Positions 47,543 to 56,291 of a stretch of 64,000 nt of DNA are shown piece by piece. How positions within the stretch are numbered: the first letter of the stretch is position 1; every line of letters begins with the position of its first letter. Source of the DNA: an uncultured Bdellovibrionales bacterium. Lineage in GTDB: Bacteria; Myxococcota; XYA12-FULL-58-9; JALHOP01. The notes beneath the pieces are model-generated. The model saw nothing but the letters and a program-made list of their open reading frames with translations, was not told the DNA's origin and did no database searches. The stretch lies in contig CAZAER010000001.1 of NCBI GenBank assembly GCA_964484195.1, positions 639,754-703,753 of the forward strand, given 5' to 3'. The position numbers were made by a program, and so were the translations under genes.

Positions 47543-48097
47543 CTACACGGCGGCGCGCAACCCTCGGCGCAAGACCACAACAGCCGGCACCGTTGCGACA
47601 CTCACCCCCGCGACAAGACCAACCACCCCAAGAAACCCCGCGCAGGCGCACGTCATCGAGCCCACCACGAGAACTGAACCATATGCCGAGAGCCAGTAGG
47701 TGCGGCTCGCGCGATAGCGTCCGGAGCACGGTACGACAACGGCCGCAGAGAACAGGCCCCCGAGGACGCACGACAATACGCACCACGAGAGACAAGCGAC
47801 GTCGGCAATGGCGACGTGGCCCCACGAGCGCCCGACTTCGGCTCCGAAGATCGGCATCACAGCAGCAACCGCGCCGACGAGCACACCGCGCCGGCCGCTT
47901 CCCGAAACCCACGTCAAGGCTGCGGCGAATACGAGCGCGAAGGCAGCGAGAACGAACACGATTGGCGTTGCGCCATGAAATGCCGTCGTCGCGGCTGCCA
48001 GAGCGACCACGATGCTAGCGGTCGGCCAAGCGTCATTCACCCGCCCCACCTCATAGGCGCGGCGGACCTGCGCGTGCAGTGCCTCATCATTGTTCAT
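47543..48097 (-). CDS. putative anti-sigma factor (membrane protein)
   Basis: Start MNNDEALHAQVRRAYEVGR overlaps the ECF sigma stop by 11 nt. Four predicted transmembrane helices follow. Confidence 0.5.
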   Translation of the reverse strand: MNNDEALHAQVRRAYEVGRVNDAWPTASIVVALAAATTAFHGATPIVFVLAAFALVFAAALTWVSGSGRRGVLVGAVAAVMPIFGAEVGRSWGHVAIADVACLSWCVLSCVLGGLFSAAVVVPCSGRYRASRTYWLSAYGSVLVVGSMTCACAGFLGVVGLVAGVSVATVPAVVVLRRGLRAAV

Positions 48098-48602
48098 GGA
48101 GTCTTCTCCACGCGACACGCAGGCGCGCAAGCGCCCGCGAAAGCCGTTTTCTCGTCTTTGTGTCTCGGGGACCTCGCGCTTGCGCGAGCTGTGCGATGAC
48201 GCGCCGATCGGCATCGCTTAGAGTCGCCACGGTCTGCGCCAGGGTCGCACGCAGATTTGCTTCGATTGCTTGCTCCTCCGGACTCGATCCGTTGGCATGA
48301 ACCCGTAGCTCGTTCATCGACGTGTGCCGCGCCTGCTTTCGCTTGAGGCTGCGGATCGCCCACCCCGCAATTGCGAAGGCCCATGCGATGACGTCGCCGT
48401 CAGGACGAAAGCTGGAAGCGCGCGCGAAGATCGTCGTCAGAGACTTCTGCACGACGTCGTCGGCTTCACTGGGGCAAAGCGTTGCGCACCATCGCGAGAG
48501 GTGTTCGCGCAGGACGGCGAACACGCGGTCGAAGGACGCACGCTCGCCCTCAGCGAGCCGTCGCATGGCCGCGTTCAACTCGGCGCGCTCTGAGGGAGTC
48601 AA
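48087..48602 (-). CDS. RNA polymerase ECF sigma factor
   Basis: Sigma-70 region 2 (DDVVQKSLTTIFA) and region 4 (LSDADRRVIAQLA). Confidence 0.8.
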   Translation of the reverse strand: MTPSERAELNAAMRRLAEGERASFDRVFAVLREHLSRWCATLCPSEADDVVQKSLTTIFARASSFRPDGDVIAWAFAIAGWAIRSLKRKQARHTSMNELRVHANGSSPEEQAIEANLRATLAQTVATLSDADRRVIAQLAQARGPRDTKTRKRLSRALARLRVAWRRLHEQ

Positions 48603-48665
48603 GGCGATGGTCGATCTCCACGAAGAGCCGGCACCGATGAAGGCGCCGGCCCGTCCGCGTGCAGG

Positions 48666-48794
48666 TCAGTGCGGGCACGGACACGGAGAACAGGGGCAGT
48701 CCTCCGGGTCACATGGGCAGTCGTCCGACGCGAATGAAGTTGCGGCGCCGAAGCCCGCGATTGCTAGAGCAGCGACCAGAATGAAGCGACGCAT
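48666..48794 (-). CDS. 42-aa secreted Cys-rich peptide, a candidate metal-binding peptide
   Basis: MRRFILVAALAIAGFGAATSFA followed by SDDCPCDPEDCPCSPCPCPH. Shine-Dalgarno AAAGGA lies 5 nt upstream. Below the 60-aa cutoff of the ORF track. Confidence 0.4.
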   Translation of the reverse strand: MRRFILVAALAIAGFGAATSFASDDCPCDPEDCPCSPCPCPH

Positions 48795-48905
48795 GCGACG
48801 ATTCCTTTCTTACCCGCGCGGTGCACGGGAGTGAGTGTCTGCTGGTATGGCGCGGGCCGGGCGGATCGTGACAGGCCAAGGCGCCTTTTTTCGCGTCGCC
48901 AGCCG

Positions 48906-49304
48906 CTAGCGCCAACCGTTGTTCTCGAGCAGTGCGCTTACCCGCTGCGCGATGTCATCACGGATCTCGCGCACACGCTCGCTGGGCTGTCCCTTTGGAT
49001 CGTCGAGGGGCCAATCGCCACGCTCGAGCCCAGGCACGACCGGACACTCGTCACCACACCCCATCGTGATCAGCAGCGTTGCACTGCGCGCAAGCTCGTC
49101 GGTTAGCTTCTGCGGCTTCGCGTTTGCGAGATCGAGCCCCAGCTCGCGCATGACGGTCACGACCTCGGGGTGCACGCGCTCGCCTGGTCGAGTCCCTGCG
49201 GAGACTGCTCGCGCCTTCGCAGAGTCCGAGGCAGCGTTGAACAGCGCTGCGGCCATCTGCGAACGACCCGCGTTGTGGATGCATGCAAAGATCACAGTTT
49301 TCAT
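48906..49304 (-). CDS. arsC: arsenate reductase ArsC (LMW-PTP, thioredoxin-coupled type)
   Basis: CX5R P-loop CIHNAGRS plus downstream Cys residues. Confidence 0.85.
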   Translation of the reverse strand: MKTVIFACIHNAGRSQMAAALFNAASDSAKARAVSAGTRPGERVHPEVVTVMRELGLDLANAKPQKLTDELARSATLLITMGCGDECPVVPGLERGDWPLDDPKGQPSERVREIRDDIAQRVSALLENNGWR

Positions 49305-49356
49305 GTCGATGCCTCCGCCGATGCACGGCCATGGTTCTGACCGCGCGCCTTGAGCA

Positions 49357-49497
49357 CGGCAGCGACGTGCTACCGACCCGCAGGTTCGCGATTGCGGCAG
49401 TGACTGTCGACACGAAGCGGCCGAGCAAGAGCCCGGCCGCCATCGCCAGGAAGATCCAAACCGTGAGGTATCGGTCGATGTATGCCAGGCGCCTCAT
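49357..49497 (-). pseudogene. acr3: acr3 (arsenite efflux permease) N-terminal remnant carrying an internal deletion
   Basis: MRRLAYIDRYLTVWIFLAMAAGLLLGRFV...LRVGSTSLP matches the Acr3 N-terminus (..DRYLTLWIFLAM.., ..FQVGTTSIP..) for about 47 codons, after which the sequence degenerates. The ATG lies 2 nt after the arsI stop. Only about 190 bp separate arsI from arsC. Confidence 0.5.
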
Positions 49498-49499
49498 CG

Positions 49500-49985
49500 T
49501 CAACAGCAACCACCGCCCGGTACCGCGTCGGCTTTGACGGACGGCGTGCAGCAGGCCTCGGCCGTCGCGTTCTCCACGGTCGGCACACAACACGCCGCTT
49601 CAGTGCGCTCGTGACCGTAGACCGTGCTTTCACCTGTCGTGTGGAACGTCTCCCACGACACACCTTGGGGATCGTCGATCCAGCTCTTCTCGCTCTTGGC
49701 GTAGCAGCAGACGGTGCTGCCTTCCTCGAGCACCGGCGCCTCGGCCTTCGCGAGCCGCGAGTAGACTTCGCGTAGCTCCTCATCGCTCTCGGCCTGGATG
49801 CCGAGATGCTCGATGCCCGGCTCGGTACCGCGCGCGCTTATCGCAAAGTTGACCCGTGGGTTGTCGAGCATCCATTTGGCGTAGTCGGGTTTATGAACCG
49901 TGGGCTGAGCCGCGAACAACGACGAATAGAAACGAACCGACTCCTCGAGATTCTTCACACCGACATGAACGTGCATCCGAAGCAT
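49500..49985 (-). CDS. arsI: ArsI-like C-As lyase (glyoxalase/VOC family)
   Basis: VOC fold start MLRMHVHVGVKNLEESVRFY. Vicinal cysteines (STVCCYA) and a Cys-rich C-terminal tail. Confidence 0.65.
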   Translation of the reverse strand: MLRMHVHVGVKNLEESVRFYSSLFAAQPTVHKPDYAKWMLDNPRVNFAISARGTEPGIEHLGIQAESDEELREVYSRLAKAEAPVLEEGSTVCCYAKSEKSWIDDPQGVSWETFHTTGESTVYGHERTEAACCVPTVENATAEACCTPSVKADAVPGGGCC

Positions 49986-50029
49986 GACCTACTCCTTTGC
50001 GGCCGAGGCCGCGGGCTGGGGTTTGGCGT

Positions 50030-50359
50030 TCAACAGCACTTGGCGCCTTTGGCGGGCTTCGGCGGAGTCCCGTCGGCGCAGCAGTTTTCGGTGAGGTAGC
50101 CCACAAGAGCGCTCATCGCCTCGTAGTCAGCGGCGTAGATGATGTGTCGGCCGTCGCGGCGCTGCGCGATGAGCCCCGCGTGCGAGAGTTGCTGTAGGTG
50201 AAAGGTCAGCGACGAAGGCGGCACACCCAACTTCTCCGCCAAGATACCGGCAGAGAGACCTTCGTCGCCGCGCTGGACGAGCAAGCGAAAGAGCGCAAGT
50301 CGATGTTCATGAGCGAGGGCGCCGAGGGCTTCAACTGTCTTGGTCGACGTAAGGCGCAT
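50030..50359 (-). CDS. arsR: ArsR-family metalloregulator with C-terminal cysteine pairs
   Basis: Winged HTH (LALFRLLVQRGDEGLSAGILAEKLGVPPSSLTFHLQQLSHAGLI). C-terminus ...ENCCADG...KCC. Confidence 0.8.
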   Translation of the reverse strand: MRLTSTKTVEALGALAHEHRLALFRLLVQRGDEGLSAGILAEKLGVPPSSLTFHLQQLSHAGLIAQRRDGRHIIYAADYEAMSALVGYLTENCCADGTPPKPAKGAKCC

Positions 50360-50377
50360 GTGACGAGGCTCCCTTCA

Positions 50378-50460
50378 GAACATTTCGACGTTTCGACGAA
50401 TGTCAAAATGAATGATCGACGCTGCGCTGTCAACGACATTTCGACATGACTCGAAACGTC
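50378..50460. promoter_or_regulatory. ars promoter/operator region with direct and inverted ATTTCGAC-type repeats
   Basis: ACATTTCGAC at 50380 and 50436. Perfect inverted repeat GACGTTTCGA (50388-50397) / TCGAAACGTC (50451-50460). GCGCTGTC occurs twice. Confidence 0.4.
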
Positions 50461-50536
50461 ATGCGCTGTCGGGGAGACCACCGACAGCCCACCTGCCATC
50501 GCGGCAGATCTGCTTGCCGTCCCGCGGCTTTGCCCG

Positions 50537-51727
50537 GTGTGTAGGTACGCCATGACCCGCACCATCCGCCTCGACGGCCATGAGGGCTCGCGCCTCACGT
50601 CCAACGCCCCCGCCGGCGAAAACCGGGGTCCCGAGCAAGCCGCGGCCACGCGTCCGACCAGCGCAGCAACCGTCGACCGCGCCGAGCGCAGCACGACTCA
50701 GAGCGTCAGCACCGGAACGACCGCTGCCCCCCTATCCGCGACAACGGGCACGTGGGACCGGCAGACCGCCCTTTCGGCGTCCACCTTTGCCGCCAACGTC
50801 GAGGCTGCGCTCCAAGGGACCACCGGCACGCTCTCCTCCGACGACCTCTACGCCGCCTTCCTGCGCTTGAACGTCGTCGACCCGAACGACAACATCAAAA
50901 CGCAGATGCAGTTGCTCGCAGCGCAGGGCATGCTCGCGCGCCTCGCCGTCAAACAAGCCCGCAGCGCCATGCTGACCGCCGTGAGGAACGAGACCAGCGC
51001 CGCCGGGCGCGACTTGCTCTCGAAGTCGTTGCTCGCGGCCGACCCCGCGCTCGTCAAAGTGCAGGCGTTCCTGGTGAAGAAGGGGTGGATGTCCGAGGAG
51101 TACGTCGCCTACCACATCAAGCTCGCGAAGCAGCAGCAGGAGCGCGCCAATCGCGAGTCCGGCGGCGCGAAAGAGACCATTGCCTCCGCGCAAGCGCAGC
51201 TCGATGCCGCCATCGACATGCTCAAAGAGGCGGGGAAGCGCATGCAAGCCTTGCTCGCGCGGCAGACCGAAGACGCTCGCCAGAGCAACGCGGTCGAGAC
51301 CGCGACGATCGATGGCGTTCCACTCGCGAAGGTCCAGCCCGCTATCGCGAACGCGATGTCACGCATCTACAGCCAGCTCGCCGACATCCAAGACAACGGC
51401 GGCTCACTTGCCGTCTTGGGCAAGGTCGCGGACATCGCGCGCGAAGAGCTCACCGCCGCGCTCACGACCGTGGGCATCGAGACCATCGAGACCCTGGAAA
51501 CCCTCGTGGAGTTTCTGGTTGCTCACGTCCAAATGGACGTCTCGGCGGCGCACCTCGAGGGTGCGGCCGCTCACGCAACCGGCGTCGCGCTCAGCCAGCT
51601 CGGCTCGCACTACGAAGGCGACCAGGAGAATCCGCTGCAGCTCGCGGCCGCAGACATCGCGGCGCTCGGCGAAGGCGACGCACGCGACGTCCTCGACCGC
51701 CAGCAAGCCGAACGCCTGCGCTCGTAG
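50537..51727 (+). CDS. hypothetical Ala-rich helical protein
   Basis: Long ORF with protein-like composition, no signal peptide and no recognisable motif. Confidence 0.45.
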   Translation: MCRYAMTRTIRLDGHEGSRLTSNAPAGENRGPEQAAATRPTSAATVDRAERSTTQSVSTGTTAAPLSATTGTWDRQTALSASTFAANVEAALQGTTGTLSSDDLYAAFLRLNVVDPNDNIKTQMQLLAAQGMLARLAVKQARSAMLTAVRNETSAAGRDLLSKSLLAADPALVKVQAFLVKKGWMSEEYVAYHIKLAKQQQERANRESGGAKETIASAQAQLDAAIDMLKEAGKRMQALLARQTEDARQSNAVETATIDGVPLAKVQPAIANAMSRIYSQLADIQDNGGSLAVLGKVADIAREELTAALTTVGIETIETLETLVEFLVAHVQMDVSAAHLEGAAAHATGVALSQLGSHYEGDQENPLQLAAADIAALGEGDARDVLDRQQAERLRS

Positions 51728-51743
51728 CTCTCGGCCGCGCCAA

Positions 51744-52358
51744 TCACCCTGCCCGCTTGGCCGCCTCGAGCGCATCGCGCGACTCGTAGATGCCGTCGAT
51801 GATGCCCCAGGCCTTGGCCTCCTCGGCGGTCATGAAACAATCGCGGTCGAGCAGCCGCTCGACTTCTTCGGGGGTGTGGCCGCAGTGCTTGGCGTAGAGC
51901 GTGTTCAAACGCTGCTTGGTCTTCAGCACGTCTTCCGCATGGCGCGCGATGTCGGAGGCCTGCCCCTGAAAGCCGCCCGAGGGCTGGTGCACCATGACGC
52001 TGGCGTTGGGGAGCGCCATGCGGCGGCCCTTCGCGCCGGCCATCAGCAAGAACGAGCCCATCGAGCGCGCAGTACCGACGCAGACCGTGGCAACCGGCGG
52101 CTTCACGAACTGCATGGTGTCGTAGATGGCGAGGCCACTCGTCACCATGCCGCCCGGCGAGTTGATGTAGATGGCGATCTCTTCGCTTGGATTTTCAGAC
52201 TCCAAGAACAGCAGCTGGGCACAGACCACCGCCGAGACGTTGTCATCGATGGGGCCGTTCAAGAAGATGATGCGCTCGCGCAAGAGGCGCGAGTAGATGT
52301 CGAAGGAGCGCTCACCGCGCGCCGACTGTTCGATGACCATGGGAATGAGGCCGTTCAT
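51744..52358 (-). CDS. clpP: ATP-dependent Clp protease proteolytic subunit
   Basis: Ser-His-Asp context ([18 protein letters not shown]). Near-identical in layout to canonical ClpP. Confidence 0.9.
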   Translation of the reverse strand: MNGLIPMVIEQSARGERSFDIYSRLLRERIIFLNGPIDDNVSAVVCAQLLFLESENPSEEIAIYINSPGGMVTSGLAIYDTMQFVKPPVATVCVGTARSMGSFLLMAGAKGRRMALPNASVMVHQPSGGFQGQASDIARHAEDVLKTKQRLNTLYAKHCGHTPEEVERLLDRDCFMTAEEAKAWGIIDGIYESRDALEAAKRAG

Positions 52359-52681
52359 GCGGCCCTCCGCATCGCCACGAGCTCGCTCGGGCGGACACGG
52401 AAGTCGTCATGCACGAGCCGCACGTGCGTGCCTCCACCCGGCAGCGGTGTCAGCGTGAAGGTCACATAGCTATCGACGGCGCGCTCACCGTCGTCGCTGT
52501 GAAGTGCGTAGCGCACGCGCTCTGGCGTCGATTCCACCAGTGTCCGCTCGACCGGACCGACCCCCGGCACCACGTCGTCGAGCCAGTCGGCGACGAGCTC
52601 GGGATCGGTGAGCGCCTCGCGGACCCTCTCCGGCGGCGCATCGACATCGCATTCGCTCGTTACGTAGCTTTCGTCGCTCAT
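52355..52681 (-). CDS. SRPBCC / activator of Hsp90 ATPase (AHSA1)-like small protein
   Basis: Size and pattern (..[11 protein letters not shown]...) match, and it pairs with an ArsR-type regulator in the usual way. ATGA-coupled on both sides. Confidence 0.55.
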   Translation of the reverse strand: MSDESYVTSECDVDAPPERVREALTDPELVADWLDDVVPGVGPVERTLVESTPERVRYALHSDDGERAVDSYVTFTLTPLPGGGTHVRLVHDDFRVRPSELVAMRRAA

Positions 52682-53013
52682 TGGTCCATCCTCGCCAGCA
52701 CGCCTTTCAGGCGCGTGAGCTGCTTCGGCCAGTGTTCGCGATAGCGGTCGACGTGCTGTTCGAGGTATTGCTCGACGAAATGCATGAGCGGCGCCATGCC
52801 CGCGGGCTCGGCGCGATAGTACGCGTTTCGCCCTTCACGGCGCTCGGCTACCAAGCCCGCGGAACGCAGCGCCGCCAGGTGTTGCGACATCGCCGGCTGG
52901 GAAATGTCGAAGCCCGCGTGCAGCTGCGAGACCGTCTTTTCGCCGTCGGCGAGCAGCGTCAGCACTGCCCGCCGAGTCGGGTGCGCGAGGGCACGAAAGA
53001 CCTCTGAGTCATC
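52678..53013 (-). CDS. ArsR/SmtB-family transcriptional regulator
   Basis: FRALAHPTRRAVLTLLADGEKTVSQL...SQPAMSQHLAALRSAGLV. Confidence 0.75.
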   Translation of the reverse strand, partial: DDSEVFRALAHPTRRAVLTLLADGEKTVSQLHAGFDISQPAMSQHLAALRSAGLVAERREGRNAYYRAEPAGMAPLMHFVEQYLEQHVDRYREHWPKQLTRLKGVLARMDQ

Positions 53014-53120
53014 CATGCCTCTATACATAAGACATGCCTTATGCATTCGCAACCCTGACGACGAGCGACGGCTGCGGTAGAAGCAGGAGCGTGAATCGAC
53101 GGCACGATCCCCCATCCGGC

Positions 53121-53561
53121 ATGTCGGAGGCCCTCCAAGAGGCCTTCGAATCGCTCGGTCTGACCGACGTCGCCCGCCGAATGACCATCAGCCGCGCCTG
53201 GCGCGAGGCCGTTGGTGAGCAGATCGCGAACCGCACCGAGCCCGACACCTTCCGCCGGGGCACCTTGATCGTCAAAGCCGCGAGTGCTGCTTGGCAAAAT
53301 GAGCTGGTTTACCTGCGCGAGGGCATCATCACGAAGGTCAACAAAGCGCTGGGTGGCGACCTCGTGAAGGAGCTCAAGATCGTCACCGGCCGGGTCTACG
53401 CGCCGGTGAAGACGGAGAAGCCTGCCTGGGCCAAAGCGGCGCCGCATCGCGACGACGTCGCCGCGGCGAAGACCGTCACATCGGGCATCAAAGACGATGA
53501 CGTGCGTGATGCCGTGGCCCGCGTCGTCGAAAAAGCGCTGCGTTACGACCGGCACAAGTAG
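53121..53561 (+). CDS. DUF721/DciA-like protein
   Basis: MSEALQEAFESLGL...ARRMTISRAWREAVG...NELVYLREGII resembles DUF721. Confidence 0.5.
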   Translation: MSEALQEAFESLGLTDVARRMTISRAWREAVGEQIANRTEPDTFRRGTLIVKAASAAWQNELVYLREGIITKVNKALGGDLVKELKIVTGRVYAPVKTEKPAWAKAAPHRDDVAAAKTVTSGIKDDDVRDAVARVVEKALRYDRHK

Positions 53562-53622
53562 CCCAGCGGGGCCGCTGCCAGGGGGCCATGGCGAATGGCA
53601 CAACCCCGAAAAACGCCCGCCG

Positions 53623-54408
53623 ATGATAGGGCAAATGTCCAACGCAATCGCCACAGCTACGTCCGCACCTCTGGTCATCACCAAACAGCTCGAGGTTCCC
53701 GTCGCCACGCTGAGAGAGCTGGGCTTGCGTACGGACCAGCCGCTGCACCTGCCGGTCCAGATTCCCGTCCAGCCGCCGGCTGAAGAAGTCCACACGCGGT
53801 CCCGTCAGGCTGTCGCCAACGTCATTGGACCGGCGGTCGTCGCTGGCTCGACCGCGGCCGTCGCCTACGTGCTGGGCACGGGCGCGCTCGACGCCGGTCT
53901 GCTCCAGCAGTTTCCCGCGAACCTGACGCTGGCAACCGGAGTCACGGCGGCGCTCGCCACCGGGTCCGGTCTCTATTCGCTCGCCACGCTGCGCCAGGCC
54001 GCCGGCAACGCCCTGCAGATCCCGCGTCTCGGCTTGGGCGTGCAAGCGCCGCAGTGGCTGCTCAACACCGCATCCGACCTTCGCGTCGGCATCAAAGCGG
54101 CCGCGACGTTCGTGTCCGCCGGTATCACCGGCGCCGCCGTCGGCATCGCGACCTCGACGCTCGGGGCTGCTTTCTTGGGCGCGGGAGCTGCGCTCACCGA
54201 ACCGACGACATGGATCGCCGCAGGCGTCGGCGCCGTGGCTGCGATTGGCACCTTCCTGTTCGGACGCTCGACGCTGAACGCCGCCAAAGCCTTGGCCGCC
54301 AAGGCCGCCGAGTCGGTCGAAGAGCAAGCAATCGCCGCGAGTCTCGAGAGCTTCAAGCAAGAAGTCCGGCAGCTCACGCATCAGCCGGCGCCGGCAGCGA
54401 CCAGCTAA
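53623..54408 (+). CDS. hypothetical Ala/Gly-rich protein
   Basis: The reverse-strand alternative is an Arg/Gly-rich artefact. This frame has protein-like composition with glycine-zipper-like segments. Confidence 0.4.
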   Translation: MIGQMSNAIATATSAPLVITKQLEVPVATLRELGLRTDQPLHLPVQIPVQPPAEEVHTRSRQAVANVIGPAVVAGSTAAVAYVLGTGALDAGLLQQFPANLTLATGVTAALATGSGLYSLATLRQAAGNALQIPRLGLGVQAPQWLLNTASDLRVGIKAAATFVSAGITGAAVGIATSTLGAAFLGAGAALTEPTTWIAAGVGAVAAIGTFLFGRSTLNAAKALAAKAAESVEEQAIAASLESFKQEVRQLTHQPAPAATS

Positions 54409-55118
54409 GGCTCTCCAGAGATCCAAGCCGCGACTTCGTCGGTGAAGTCGCGTACGCCATCGCGGTGCACGACGAGCTCTGGCTCGTCGACCAGCGTGGC
54501 GCGGCCTGTGACCCCTTCGAAGAGCAGGTGACGCGGGGCATCGCCCGCGCGTGAGCACACATTGCGCCGGCGTGAGACCACGCCGCCGGTCGCGCCCCAT
54601 GCGGCAAGCAGCTCCGCTGATCGTTCTGTGGGCACGATGGCGCTCGCAAAACCGCTCGGCCCCAAGCTCACGCGCGCGCGGCTGACGAAGTCTCCGAGCC
54701 CGCCATGGCGCTCGTGCCGCGCCATGTCGCGCCCATCATTCGGCGCGCCACGTCCCGCTCCGGCACGGAAATATGGAGGGTTGAAAACGACGTGGTCGGC
54801 CACCGGTAGCTCGAGCCGACGCAGATCCCCGGTGAGAATGGTCACGCGCCCGTCCAGTCCGTTTTCGCGCGCATTGCGACGGACGAGCTCCGCCATCTCG
54901 GGGTGAATCTCGACGGCGGTAAGGCGCTCGGCCTTTCCCAGGTACAACAACGCGAGACCGAGGACACCACAACCCGCGCCCAGCTCGAGCACGTGTGGCG
55001 CCGGCCGCGCGAAGCCCGCGAGCAAGATCGGGTCGAGGTTGAAGCGATACCCAGCACCGCGCGCCGGCTGCCACAGTCGCAGGCGTCCCGCGAAGATCGC
55101 GTCCTGAGTCAGCGGCAT
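54405..55118 (-). CDS. N6-adenine-type methyltransferase (NPPY motif), TrmN6/YfiC-like
   Basis: SAM motif LELGAGCGVLGLAL and catalytic VFNPPYF. Confidence 0.7.
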   Translation of the reverse strand: MPLTQDAIFAGRLRLWQPARGAGYRFNLDPILLAGFARPAPHVLELGAGCGVLGLALLYLGKAERLTAVEIHPEMAELVRRNARENGLDGRVTILTGDLRRLELPVADHVVFNPPYFRAGAGRGAPNDGRDMARHERHGGLGDFVSRARVSLGPSGFASAIVPTERSAELLAAWGATGGVVSRRRNVCSRAGDAPRHLLFEGVTGRATLVDEPELVVHRDGVRDFTDEVAAWISGEP

Positions 55119-55176
55119 TTCCACGCGGGCAGTTCTCGCATTGCGCCCCACCCGGCCGCTAGTTACCGTCCTGACT

Positions 55177-56211
55177 ATGGCATTCGATCCCGAAGGCCCC
55201 ACCAGCGCCGATGCCGGCGTCTTCGGCCTCGACGTGCCCGCGCTCGAAGCCGGGCTCGTGCTCATCCCCGTGCCTTTCGACGCCACCGCGAGCTACGGCC
55301 GCCGCACGCGGTTCGGACCCGATGCGATCCTGCGCGCCAGCCACCAAGTCGACCTCTTCGACCTCGAGACCGGCCGGCCTTATGCCGCCGGCATCGCCAT
55401 GTTGCCTCCCAACGTCGAAATCGAGCGCTGGAACGCCGAGGCGAGCCGCGCGGTCGACACCGCCCGCGGCGCGTCCGCCGAAACAGACAAGACGGTGGCG
55501 CGGGTCGAAGCCGACCGCTGTGGCGAGCTCTTGAACCGCTGGGTCTACGAAGAGACGCGCGCGTGGCTGGCTCGCGGAAAGCTGGTCGGCCTCGTCGGTG
55601 GCGACCACGCGACGCCGTATGGCTGCATCCGCGCGCACCTCGAGCGCTACCCCGACATGGGCATCCTCCATATCGACGCCCACGCCGACCTGCGTGAAGC
55701 ATACGAAGGCTTCGCCTGGTCGCACGCCTCGGTCATGTACAACGTCGTGCACCGCTTGCCCGCCAAGAAGCTGGTCCACGTCGGCCTGCGCGACGTGGCG
55801 GAGAGCGAGATGGGCATCATCGACCGCTCGAGCGGACGCCAGGTGGCGTTCACCGATTACGCCATGGCAGCGCATGCCCAGGCCGGCCAGCCATTCGCGA
55901 AGCTCGTCGAGCGCATCGTGGGTGAGCTGCCGTCGGACGTTTACGTGTCCTTCGACATCGATGGTCTCGATCCAGCGCTCTGCCCGAACACCGGCACTCC
56001 AGTCCCCGGCGGCATGTCGTTCCACGCGGCCACGGCACTGCTCGCTGCGATTCGCACGAGCGGCAGACGCCTCGTGGGCTTCGACCTCGTCGAGGTAGCG
56101 AGCAGCCCCGACCTCACCGAACAATGGGACGGGAACGTTGGCGCCCGCCTCCTCTACAAGCTCTGTGGGCACGCCCTCGCCGCCGCCAAGGGCCATCTCC
56201 GGCCGGCCTGA
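55177..56211 (+). CDS. agmatinase/arginase-family ureohydrolase
   Basis: Mn-binding motifs GGDHA, DAHADL, SFDIDGLDP. Confidence 0.8.
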   Translation: MAFDPEGPTSADAGVFGLDVPALEAGLVLIPVPFDATASYGRRTRFGPDAILRASHQVDLFDLETGRPYAAGIAMLPPNVEIERWNAEASRAVDTARGASAETDKTVARVEADRCGELLNRWVYEETRAWLARGKLVGLVGGDHATPYGCIRAHLERYPDMGILHIDAHADLREAYEGFAWSHASVMYNVVHRLPAKKLVHVGLRDVAESEMGIIDRSSGRQVAFTDYAMAAHAQAGQPFAKLVERIVGELPSDVYVSFDIDGLDPALCPNTGTPVPGGMSFHAATALLAAIRTSGRRLVGFDLVEVASSPDLTEQWDGNVGARLLYKLCGHALAAAKGHLRPA

Positions 56212-56291
56212 GACGCGGCCTGGCCGTGCTTGTTCGCGGACGCGGTGCTTGTTATCGAGCCGCAGTGAAGGTGTTCCGGGGGTACGACCAT

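Noticed and set aside
49051-49593. 180-aa minus-strand ORF as an intact protein
   Set aside because: Only the first 47 codons or so after the internal Met (49497) resemble Acr3. The remainder overlaps arsC out of frame and is compositionally non-coding. It is annotated as a pseudogene remnant.
55161-55170. The 10-mer AGTTACCGTC shared exactly by the regions just upstream of the agmatinase start (55161) and the integrase start (32851), each followed by ATGGC and CTGACT nearby
   Set aside because: One exact 10-mer recurrence in a 64-kb high-GC window is roughly expected by chance. I see no other shared context, so I treat it as coincidence rather than a secondary att or regulatory site.
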